Below, one piece after another: positions 31,184 through 40,415 of a DNA stretch of 64,000 nucleotides. How positions within the stretch are numbered: position 1 is the first letter of the stretch; each line of letters begins with the position of its first letter. Under the pieces are notes generated by a model. It was not told the origin of the DNA and ran no database searches. It worked only from the letters and a program-made list of their open reading frames with translations. The stretch covers positions 64,001 through 128,000 of the forward strand of contig CM000432.1 in the NCBI GenBank assembly GCA_000165345.1, read 5' to 3'. Both the position numbers and the translations under genes were made by a program.

Positions 31184-32257
31184 ATGAAGGAAACAGGGGT
31201 TGAGTCAAAGAATGTTTCTGGAAAACATGAAGAGTATAAATATGTTCAACCAATGACATCACCTTTATACAATAATGTGATCTCTCCTGTATGCGATAAA
31301 ATTGTGGGATTTCTTCCAAAATACCTTTCACCAAACTTACTGACAATTATTGGGTTAATTTCTATTTCAACTTCGTTTATTATGTTAATTTCTATAGGGG
31401 AGAATTCAAAAAAGCTATATTTTGTTTCTGCAGCATTATGGTTTTTATATGGCATTATTGATAATTTAGATGGAAAACAAGCAAGAAGATTAGGAGTTTC
31501 ATCCAATAGTGGGGAGTTCATTGATCATGCAATAGACTCAGTAGTTACTTCATTTGTAGGCCTTGCATTCCAATATATGCATAACAGATATCTTGAATTA
31601 GATTTACTTGTAGTATTGTCATATCAGTTACCCTTTTATTTTGCATGTTGGTTTCACTTCAAATATGGAAAATTAATAATTGGCAATTCCGTTTCAAAAA
31701 CTCCATATTTCACAGTGGATGAGCTTAATCTAGTTTTTGTACCACTTTTTATCTTATTCGAATACCTTTTCCCTGGGCTTTGGAATTTAGATATACCTCT
31801 TTATGGTGGTTATATAATAAAGAGTTGGGGGATTCCTTTTAATTATTGTTGTTTTATTTATTCAATATTCACACTTTTAAGCTGCTTACATTACTGCTTA
31901 TCAAAGTCCTTAACAAATGCTCATTTATTATTCATTCCTCTAACTATACATGTAACTTCCAAGGAATTGGCAAAATTAAGCATGTATAATACGATTCTCC
32001 CATTTTCAATTCTTTGTATTACTTTTATTTTCCTTAAGATTTCAAAATTACTCATTAAGAAGCCAACTCGCTCTTTCATCACGCTTATTGGTGCTTCCTT
32101 AATTCCAAATATAACAACTAAACTTTTAGTTTCTGTATTTGAAATTAACCAAAATTTGACTATTTTTATTCAATTCTTAATATGGGCTTTACTTGTCTAT
32201 GAATTTGCTAATTATCTTGATAGCCCATGCGAAGATGCTGAGGACAAGAAAAAATAA
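31184..32257 (+). CDS. CDP-alcohol phosphatidyltransferase (choline/ethanolamine phosphotransferase-like). Start moved from GTG at 31172 to ATG at 31184.
   Basis: Signature D-G-x2-A-R-x8-G-x3-G-x3-D is present as DNLDGKQARRLGVSSNSGEFIDHAIDS. Multiple transmembrane helices. Confidence 0.7.
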   Translation: MKETGVESKNVSGKHEEYKYVQPMTSPLYNNVISPVCDKIVGFLPKYLSPNLLTIIGLISISTSFIMLISIGENSKKLYFVSAALWFLYGIIDNLDGKQARRLGVSSNSGEFIDHAIDSVVTSFVGLAFQYMHNRYLELDLLVVLSYQLPFYFACWFHFKYGKLIIGNSVSKTPYFTVDELNLVFVPLFILFEYLFPGLWNLDIPLYGGYIIKSWGIPFNYCCFIYSIFTLLSCLHYCLSKSLTNAHLLFIPLTIHVTSKELAKLSMYNTILPFSILCITFIFLKISKLLIKKPTRSFITLIGASLIPNITTKLLVSVFEINQNLTIFIQFLIWALLVYEFANYLDSPCEDAEDKKK

Positions 32258-32310
32258 TTTCTTATATTAACACTGCTTGACTATATACATATATTGAAAA
32301 GAGAAAAAGG

Positions 32311-32331
32311 AGAGAGAGAGAGAGAGAAAAT
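32311..32331. repeat. (GA)10 dinucleotide microsatellite in the 5' region of the TPR gene.
   Basis: gagagagagagagagagagag read directly. It generates the spurious ORF 32294..32518. Confidence 0.9.
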
Positions 32332-32777
32332 AAGTGAGGAAGAGCTTAGTAACAAAAATAGTGAACAAACTCAATTACATACTTTAATTTTTATCATTTT
32401 CCTACTCTGCTTCTATCTTCTTACTCTATTGCATTATTTCCCCCCTGCATTACACTCCGGTACCGATATTTGGCGCCTAGTGCATTTAACATTTTGTGAG
32501 GTGAAAATAGCAACTTAAAAGCAAAAAAGGTATGAAATAAATTGCATTTTACTTGTAATTTGACAATGGATAAATAATATTTTGAAATATTCGTGGGGGA
32601 TTCTTTAATTAATTTTTTATTACAAAAATAACAAATAATATTGCAAAGAATCAAACAACTTTTATTCTCTTTAAATTAAAATTACTAGAAATACATAGAA
32701 ATAGTAATCGAATTAAAAACTTAATTTAATGTTAATTAAGTGCAAAATCTATAACCTGAAAAGAACTGAATAATAAA

Positions 32778-34277
32778 ATGATTGAAAGTACAGAATTTTA
32801 CACTGAAGTTATTCAAGGAATTGATACTAAACTTGCTGTAATAGCAGAAAATGAAACTATATTAACCGAGCAAGCTATACTACTAAGAAAAGAGTATGAA
32901 GCTAGGAAGAAAGAAATTGACCGAATAATATCTGAGATTTGCGATGATCGAGTGAAAAAAATATATGAAAAGGTTGGGTCAATGATTACAACTCAAAGGA
33001 AGTTATGGAGTATTTTGGTCAACACAAAGATTTCTACTCAAGAACAAGAAGAAAATATATTAACAGAAAAAAAACAAATTAATGAATTAATTCTAAAGGA
33101 GCTTAACAATATTGAAAAAATGTATTGCGAGAATTCTGAATATATTAATAAAATAGAAGAAGATTGGAAAGATGTAAAAAAAGCATCTATTGATGGAGTT
33201 AAATTATCAAGAGAAATTGACTGGGATAGTATTCCTGAAGAAGAATTAGGAAAAAGATTAAGAGGAGGTGAAGTATTACATAGGGATGAATGGATACCTA
33301 CTCAAGATAATAATACTGGCCGTAAATTATCTCCTGCTGAATTTAAATCTCACTTAGAATTTGGAGAAATGATTCTTAAAGAAGGTAAAGATCAATTTGA
33401 AAAACAAGATTTTGAATTATCTTATACTAGATATACTCAAGGAGTAGAATTATTATGTTGGGTTAGAGGATCTGATCAAGAATCTGAAACACTTAGAATT
33501 GAAATGTATAAGAAATTTTTAAAGAATCAGGCATTATTAGCACTTAAACTTGGAAAATATAATGATTCTATACAATCATGTAATAAAGTCTTAAAAATTG
33601 ATGAATGTGATGAAAAATCTATCTTTAGAAGAGGAGAATGCTACATGATGTTGGGACGATTTGAAGAAGCAAAAAAAGACTTTAGATATATTTGTGAATT
33701 TGATTACTTTTCTAGAGATGCTAAATTACAATCTAGAAAGAAGCTTGTAGAAATGATGAAAAAATCCAAATCTAACAATTATGTTAATAAAACCATTATT
33801 AATAATTTGGATGGTTTAATGCAAAATAATAGACAAGAAGAAGATAAAAAAAAGGTTCAAATTCAAGATCATTATTCTCCTGCTATTCATCATTTTAGCT
33901 CTGATTATCAAGAAAATCAAACTCATTCTACTAGAAATGAAATTCAACCCCATTTTGATTTAGATACTACAAAAGACATTCTTGATGAGATGCTTTTTAA
34001 ATACTCATCTGAAGAGTTCGAAAAACAACTATTTGAACTTAGAAAGCTTTCAGATTACGATGAAAAGAGATTCTTAAGAAGGATTAGAAATGTTCTCCCA
34101 GGAATCAACACTCCAATCTACGAAAAATACGGTCTAGATCTACAATCTATGAGTTATGACAAAGCAAAACGTATTATAGAGGAAAGTGTATCGTATTGGA
34201 GAACTAAAGATGATCAAGTAAAGACATTATCTAAAGAGATTTATAAATATATCATGGGAGACACCATTGCTGAGTAA
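32778..34277 (+). CDS. TPR-domain protein (499 aa), function unknown.
   Basis: Three-TPR module (GKDQFEKQDFELSYTRYTQGVELL...ALLALKLGKYNDSIQSCNKVLKID...RGECYMMLGRFEEAKKDFRYI), of the type seen in co-chaperone and FKBP-like proteins. Confidence 0.45.
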   Translation: MIESTEFYTEVIQGIDTKLAVIAENETILTEQAILLRKEYEARKKEIDRIISEICDDRVKKIYEKVGSMITTQRKLWSILVNTKISTQEQEENILTEKKQINELILKELNNIEKMYCENSEYINKIEEDWKDVKKASIDGVKLSREIDWDSIPEEELGKRLRGGEVLHRDEWIPTQDNNTGRKLSPAEFKSHLEFGEMILKEGKDQFEKQDFELSYTRYTQGVELLCWVRGSDQESETLRIEMYKKFLKNQALLALKLGKYNDSIQSCNKVLKIDECDEKSIFRRGECYMMLGRFEEAKKDFRYICEFDYFSRDAKLQSRKKLVEMMKKSKSNNYVNKTIINNLDGLMQNNRQEEDKKKVQIQDHYSPAIHHFSSDYQENQTHSTRNEIQPHFDLDTTKDILDEMLFKYSSEEFEKQLFELRKLSDYDEKRFLRRIRNVLPGINTPIYEKYGLDLQSMSYDKAKRIIEESVSYWRTKDDQVKTLSKEIYKYIMGDTIAE

Positions 34278-34929
34278 TCAAAAGAATCAGATATATCAAA
34301 TGAGGAAATTCTACATTTTTTTTTTGGAAAAAAATATATCCGATACCTTTTGATACCATATAATACTTTTTTAAAATTTTATCCATGAATTTATTATTCA
34401 AATTTAGAAATAATATCCTACTTAAATGGATAATATGTCATAAAGACACTAAAGTCTCTCTCATATTATATGGAAGTCAGTAGGTGAATCATTAATTACA
34501 ACAATTCCTTTATTATATGTCCAATGCCATCATTCCAAGTTATTACTTTCCTTAAACTAAGAATTTTGTAAATTGGACAATACAATTTTTCTCTTCAAAT
34601 GATTAATTCATTAAATATATAATTCCATTCAGAAAGTTAATGAACTCAGATAATGGCAAAATAAGTATCAACACTGGATTTACAATAATTTCAGAAGCCA
34701 AGCGTTAATTGGAAGTTTATCATCATAGTAATTAACTTTCTGAATTATGAGATTTGAACTCCATAATAATTTGTATTCACTTTCCAAAAAAAAAAGAAAT
34801 AGTTTACATTTAGGATTGATAATTTAAAAATATAACTAATAATTTACTTGATGTCAAAGTGTAATGTACTTATGTATATATATATATAAATATATATAAA
34901 GTTAATTAATATTAATTAATTCTTTATAT

Positions 34930-36087
34930 TTATTCCAATAAAATATCCAAAGATCCTGTCTCATCCATAATAGTTTGTAATCCAACAATACAAGATTCTG
35001 CTACAATAATATCGAGATCATTGGAGTACTTTAAAAGTGTTTCAATGGATAATTTTCTAACTCTATCTAATTCTTTCTTTGTACATAATTTATCCATTTT
35101 CTCCAAATTCTCACTGCATCTAGGATCATTAGAACCAACAGATCCAAGTGCAAAAGCTGCTTCATGTCTAACCATTGATTCCTCTGATTGATTTGATAAA
35201 ACTCTAGAAAGTGTATCAGCAGTTGAAATTACTTGGATTTGACCCAAAACAAATGCACATTCATGCCTAAATACTGCCGAAGATTTATCAATTTCCATAG
35301 CTTTAGCAATTTCTCCTGCGATAAAATGAACCTTATCATTGTCAATTTGCTGATCATACTGATCACTAAGGCTTTTTCTTTGATTTGAATCAATGATACC
35401 TGTTAAAATGTTTCTTAAAGCAAATAAAGCAGCATATCTCTTTTCCAATTGAAGGTCTTCATTTAAAAGATCGGAAGCTAATGATTCTATATGAGAAACT
35501 TCACATGAAGATTTTGGTGGAGTTGGATCTCTTGTATTAAAAGCATTAATATTTGATATATTTGTATCTATGTCTTGCTTATTACTTTCCTTCAATCTCT
35601 TTTCTCTTTTAAGTCTAAGAGAGTGAGCAGCTAAATAACATGTCTCTCTCACAGCTGGAGAATTATCGTTTAAGTACTTCTCTACAATCTCCAAACTTTC
35701 ATCGTCTCCAATAGCTGCAATAGCCTCTCCAGCTTCGTGTCTAACCATAGGATGCTCGGTCTCATCAGCCAAAATTTCATAAAGACGGGTTAATGGGCTT
35801 TTCAAACCCATTTGTCCAAGAACATAAAGGACTTCATGACGAAATAATACGCTTTCTGAATAATCCAATGACTTTGATAACATCTCTGCCGATTCCTCGT
35901 CTCCATGAAACCTTCCAAAAAATAAGCATCTAATTTTACTTGAAATATCAGTATCATGACTTAATAATAATTCCCTTATTTTTTCCTTTGAGTATATATT
36001 AAAGGATGAAAATTCCCCTCCGCCTAAAGGCTTTACAGGGCATCCTGGTAGCATTGCCTTGGGAGTGATTTCATTTATAACTACCAT
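34930..36087 (-). CDS. DOHH: Deoxyhypusine hydroxylase (DOHH), HEAT-repeat di-iron enzyme.
   Basis: Four His-Glu motifs in HEAT hairpins (FRHEVLYVLGQMG; MVRHEAGEAIAAIG; FRHECAFVLGQIQ; MVRHEAAFALGSVG), characteristic of DOHH. Confidence 0.7.
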   Translation of the reverse strand: MVVINEITPKAMLPGCPVKPLGGGEFSSFNIYSKEKIRELLLSHDTDISSKIRCLFFGRFHGDEESAEMLSKSLDYSESVLFRHEVLYVLGQMGLKSPLTRLYEILADETEHPMVRHEAGEAIAAIGDDESLEIVEKYLNDNSPAVRETCYLAAHSLRLKREKRLKESNKQDIDTNISNINAFNTRDPTPPKSSCEVSHIESLASDLLNEDLQLEKRYAALFALRNILTGIIDSNQRKSLSDQYDQQIDNDKVHFIAGEIAKAMEIDKSSAVFRHECAFVLGQIQVISTADTLSRVLSNQSEESMVRHEAAFALGSVGSNDPRCSENLEKMDKLCTKKELDRVRKLSIETLLKYSNDLDIIVAESCIVGLQTIMDETGSLDILLE

Positions 36088-36263
36088 CTCTTCTAGTCAG
36101 TAAATAGTGACAAGGGTTGATGAAAAAAAGACTTTAAGTAGATTATCACTTTAAAGTATATATTTTGATTCCAAAAAAACAGTCAATTAAAATTTTCTTC
36201 GAGATATTTTACATTTTCATTTTTGACATTAAACTTTGTCAATGGATACCCAATAAAAAATTA

Positions 36264-36288
36264 CACGTGGCGCCGTTTCTTGGCGCCA
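36264..36288. promoter_or_regulatory. Tandem GGCGCC-core motifs (cacgtGGCGCCg ... tTGGCGCCAcc) in the DOHH/GDT1 divergent promoter.
   Basis: Two copies 12 bp apart, the first fused to a CACGTG E-box. The same TGGCGCCA-type palindrome lies 100-400 bp upstream of most genes in the window. Confidence 0.45.
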
Positions 36289-36625
36289 CCACTGTGTTTT
36301 TTTTTTATGAAGCCACTCATTAAGTAAAACGGAGATTTTTGTCATCCATAATTCTGGTAAATCAAATTACTGATACTTGGTTAAAAAGAGAGATTTTTTA
36401 GTATAATTAGGCAAGGAAACTTATGATATTTGTGATAACTTGAAACTGTGATAGTTTTTCTTTGAGTTGTATGGCTAATTTATAATTGAGAATTTGATAA
36501 AAAAGAATTTGTAAGATTAAAAGTTGACTTCAAAGTGAATTTGAGTGTTTAGCCTTGTTATATATTGATTAATAACCAAATAAAATTAATTGCCACTTAC
36601 TAAAAGTAAAAATTCTTTGAAAAAA

Positions 36626-37411
36626 ATGGCAAATATAATTAAATCATTTTGGATGTCACTAAGTTCGATATTCCTATCGGAACTAGGGGACAAAACTTTC
36701 TTTATATCAGCAATCTTATCAATGAATAATTCTGCATGGATAATCTTTGCTGGGAGTATGTTTGCATTAGCTGGAATGACCTTATTTGCATGCTTGATAG
36801 GATTTATTTTACCAAATCTATTCACTCCAAAATATACTCATTATGCATCTTGTGTACTATTTTTCATATTTGGACTAAAGAGTCTTTATGAAGGATTGTT
36901 TTTAATTGAGAGTGGAAATGCAAACAATGAATTTTTGGAGGTAAAAGCTGAGTTAGATAAATCCAGAAAAAAAATGAGTTCAATAACCATAGATAATAAA
37001 TTAGAAGCTCTTGATACTGGAAATATGTTATTTAAAGATGTTGAGCTTTGTAATACCAGAAACAATGAAGAAGATTTAAATGTATCAAGTAGTAAGATCT
37101 GTATGGATGAATGTATCAAGCATAGAGGACTCTTCCGTATAATAAAAAACAAATCCTTTATTCAAGCATTTACTCTTACTGCTTTAGCTGAATGGGGAGA
37201 CAGATCTCAAATTGCTACAATACTCTTATCAGCTTACAATGATCCATTTTCAGTATTTTTTGGATCAATTATTGGACACTCAATTTGTACAGGCTTGGCT
37301 TGTTACGGTGGTAAATATCTAAGTAAATTTATTTCCCCTAGGATGGTTACAATTTCTGGAGGAATCTTATTTTTTGCATTTGCTATTGGGGGAATTGTAA
37401 TGGGGCCATAA
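36626..37411 (+). CDS. GDT1/TMEM165 (UPF0016) family cation (Ca2+/Mn2+) transporter. Start moved from TTG at 36590 to ATG at 36626.
   Basis: Two copies of the E-x-G-D-[KR]-[TS] motif (ELGDKT, EWGDRS), each at the start of a 3-helix repeat. Confidence 0.75.
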   Translation: MANIIKSFWMSLSSIFLSELGDKTFFISAILSMNNSAWIIFAGSMFALAGMTLFACLIGFILPNLFTPKYTHYASCVLFFIFGLKSLYEGLFLIESGNANNEFLEVKAELDKSRKKMSSITIDNKLEALDTGNMLFKDVELCNTRNNEEDLNVSSSKICMDECIKHRGLFRIIKNKSFIQAFTLTALAEWGDRSQIATILLSAYNDPFSVFFGSIIGHSICTGLACYGGKYLSKFISPRMVTISGGILFFAFAIGGIVMGP

Positions 37412-37523
37412 TTTAATTTATTATATACTGAAAATAAATTTTTTTTTTTACTTTGTTTTGTTTACCCCCAAGTTATTTTCCTTAATATTTAGGTTATTTT
37501 AGAAAATGTTCCCTAGTGAAAAA

Positions 37524-39743
37524 TCAATTTTCTGGAATAATTTCCTTGAGAACTACACCAATTTCTATTGAAAATGTTTCAATCATCTCGCTTGGAGCTT
37601 GCATTATATATAATGCTCGTGGATCTTCCATATTTATGGGGGATTCCAAATATGTTAACTTCAAATTGTTTGTAGAAGCTGGGTTAGACGAGCCGTTGAG
37701 TCCAGAACAATAATTAAATCCAGCATTCCCCTGTTTAAACATTGCAACTTCAAGCCCAATATTTTGGCCAAGAGTTAAATCTTGAAGAGGTGAAATGTTG
37801 AATAATGGTCCACCAACATCTCCTTTTGCTAATACTAACTGGCTCCACTTTCCTGAAACAGGAATTACTAGCCCAAGCCTAACAATATCATTTATCTGCT
37901 CAAGTATAGGTACTGATAATTCTATCCCTTGTTTGCCAGTAATGTGCAAAGCAATACAATCAGCTATTGCAATCCAACGAATTAATGAAAATGCTTCCTT
38001 GTTTCTAGATTTAACTTTTTCCGAACTTTGTTTATTAATTTTTCTTCTACCTCTTTTTGATTTGAGTTTTGAAGATACCAAATTATGAAAAAGTGTTTTG
38101 TCATCCTTCTTTGAAACCTTTGAAGCAACATATGCAGAAACAAGTAGTAATTTAGTGAAATAAGGCATATTGATTTGAGAAACATTTTTCAAGAATTCAT
38201 AGTTTAATATCCCATTAGTATTAATATTACTTGAGATTAAATCTCCTTGAAATAACTCTGGTAAAAAGTGAGAATATATATTCTTTGTTAAAGTACCATA
38301 ATGCCTTTTAAACCTATTTAATAATGTTTGTACAATAGAATACACTTCATCTTCATAGTTTTCATTGATTGTGAAGAATAATTCACCAGAAACAAGTGGA
38401 AGTAAGAATACTGGCCATAAACATTGAACTTTAAAGATAATTTCTCTAAAATCTGATCTTAAATATGGATGTAAAATAGTGATAATTTCTGCGATAAATT
38501 CTGTCCATATTGAGTAAAGTATATCAATTGGGATAAAGCTTTGTTTATTTGTATCATCTTTTAATAAATTTAGTTTTATCCCATTTGAATTTGTATCAGT
38601 TTTGGGAATGAAATCTACTGAGCCCTTAATATATGAATTTAGTAGTGTATTTACTAAAAATGATTGCGAACTTTTTCTGTCATAAACTTTTAATATTTCA
38701 TAATTTAGATCTATATTTTTGATATCAGTATTTAATCTTAAATTTGCCATAATGTCAAAACTTTGTATATCATCATAATTTGAAAACCATATTACTGGAA
38801 AAGGAGAGTGAGAACAGAAAAAATCTTCTGGAATTCCATAATTATCTATAAATATCAAAGAAAAATTTATATTTATTATAAATTTTTCTTTTTTAGCTGG
38901 AAGTATTAATACATCTCTCAAATGTTCATGTAATTTTATTAGTGTTAATAGTAAGTCTGGCCTATTTTTTGAAATAGTTGTTACATCTTTTACAATCAAA
39001 AAAATACTTCTCGATTTCACCTTATCAACTTCTTCAATCTCTCCATCATATGTACTTCCTCCACTATTTAAATCATCATCTAGGTCACTATCCCCCTTAC
39101 TGTTATGCTTTTGCAAATACTCAGTATATTCTTTTTTAATTAATCTTAATTCGTCTATAAATTCAATAATATTGTTCGCTGATGAAGAGCTCTCTAATTC
39201 GCTCTCAAACAAACCAATTCTGGATCTTCTTTTTTTACTATTAAAAATCCCTTTTTTAATTAATTTCTTTCTAATTTGTTCGACTGGCCTTACAAATAAG
39301 TTTTCGATAGAAATTTTATTAATACATCCTCCTTTTGAATTACATAACCACTTTGTGTAAGCTCCATTCATATACCCAAAAATAGAGTCATTTTTTTTAA
39401 GCATATCCTTTACAAGTGAATATTTTCCTGTTCCTGGCATTCCTATAACTTGTAAATATGGAATTGAATTAGTATTACTTCCTATTGTATTTGCCAGTTG
39501 GAAAATTTCTTGAAATCTTGAATTTCCATATTTTCTACATAATGAATGTATTGTGGGCTGAATTTCTTCTGGATAATATTTGAGTAAATCTTGAATCAAT
39601 TGTTCACTTGCATCAATATTTCCTAAATCTTCTTTACTTGACTCTATACTATGTATTCTACGAATATTTCCCGTAAATTCATTTTCATTATTTTCATAAT
39701 CAGTTTCAACTTGGCTTGTTCGCTTCCTTTTTTCACCACCCAT
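37524..39743 (-). CDS. AAA+ ATPase of the ORC/Cdc6 family (possibly ORC5- or ORC4-like).
   Basis: Walker-A-like 'IGMPGTGKYSLVKDML' followed by 'FGYMNGAYT' (ORC5-like ...F.NC.EC..). Basic N-terminus with KRKR. Divergently paired with the XPG gene across an intergenic region containing TTTCCGC motifs. Confidence 0.35.
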   Translation of the reverse strand: MGGEKRKRTSQVETDYENNENEFTGNIRRIHSIESSKEDLGNIDASEQLIQDLLKYYPEEIQPTIHSLCRKYGNSRFQEIFQLANTIGSNTNSIPYLQVIGMPGTGKYSLVKDMLKKNDSIFGYMNGAYTKWLCNSKGGCINKISIENLFVRPVEQIRKKLIKKGIFNSKKRRSRIGLFESELESSSSANNIIEFIDELRLIKKEYTEYLQKHNSKGDSDLDDDLNSGGSTYDGEIEEVDKVKSRSIFLIVKDVTTISKNRPDLLLTLIKLHEHLRDVLILPAKKEKFIININFSLIFIDNYGIPEDFFCSHSPFPVIWFSNYDDIQSFDIMANLRLNTDIKNIDLNYEILKVYDRKSSQSFLVNTLLNSYIKGSVDFIPKTDTNSNGIKLNLLKDDTNKQSFIPIDILYSIWTEFIAEIITILHPYLRSDFREIIFKVQCLWPVFLLPLVSGELFFTINENYEDEVYSIVQTLLNRFKRHYGTLTKNIYSHFLPELFQGDLISSNINTNGILNYEFLKNVSQINMPYFTKLLLVSAYVASKVSKKDDKTLFHNLVSSKLKSKRGRRKINKQSSEKVKSRNKEAFSLIRWIAIADCIALHITGKQGIELSVPILEQINDIVRLGLVIPVSGKWSQLVLAKGDVGGPLFNISPLQDLTLGQNIGLEVAMFKQGNAGFNYCSGLNGSSNPASTNNLKLTYLESPINMEDPRALYIMQAPSEMIETFSIEIGVVLKEIIPEN

Positions 39744-39833
39744 TTCTACGTTATCAATATATAAATATTGTTAAATAAATATATATTTATATATTTATTT
39801 ATATAAATTTTCATGCTTTTCAAAATTATTTTA

Positions 39834-39870
39834 TTTTTTCCGCTAACTTTCCCCCGAAATAACTTTCCGC
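39834..39870. promoter_or_regulatory. Cluster of E2F-like TTTCCGC / TTTCCCCCGAAA motifs in the 672-bp divergent promoter between the ORC-like ATPase and XPG nuclease genes.
   Basis: ttttttccgc (39834-39843), tttcccccgaaa (39848-39859) and tttccgc (39864-39870). The canonical E2F site is TTTSSCGC, and both flanking genes are classical E2F-type replication/repair targets. Confidence 0.45.
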
Positions 39871-40415
39871 TTAATTAATATATTTTTATTTTACATTTGA
39901 TAAATCTTAAATATTAAAAAAAAGAGTTTGAATAGTTTGCCTAATTAGAAATTACAACAAAACTCTATTATATCTTTGTCCTTAACTTTTTATTATTTAT
40001 CTGTTCACCATTTTCTTCTTTCTTATGAAATATCTTTAAAAATTCATATTTATTATATTTATATTTGTAAATATACTTTTCTTTTTTTTAAAAAAAAAAA
40101 AAGTCATTCTTAAAATTGTAATGCAACTTTAACTTCATGTGGATGAGCACCGGTATATGATTTTTTTTTTCAACAAAATGTAAAAATGTTAGAGCATGTC
40201 AAAATTAGTCATTTAGGCGGTAATAATTTTGTCATTTGGACAAAAGAATCCAATAATAAAAAAAGTCAAATAATAATTACAATTAATTGATAAATAAATA
40301 AATATGAAGAATGAAACAACAAAAGTTTATTGATTAAGTTTATTAAGTTGATTTGAGTAAAATTGTTTGAAAATATTCTTAAGAAGCTGATAATTTTGCA
40401 AGTTTAATAAACAAA

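Noticed and set aside
32294-32518. 74-aa ORF 'MKREKGEREREKISEE...'.
   Set aside because: Generated by the (GA)10 microsatellite at 32311-32331 in an intergenic region. No other support.
4321-36626. Several ORF-track starts (4321, 9917, 15602, 17266, 18289, 21542, 23262, 31172, 36590) taken as true initiation codons.
   Set aside because: These positions are TTG/GTG codons, so the track evidently allows bacterial-style starts. For eukaryotic genes I used the first in-frame ATG or an upstream spliced exon instead.
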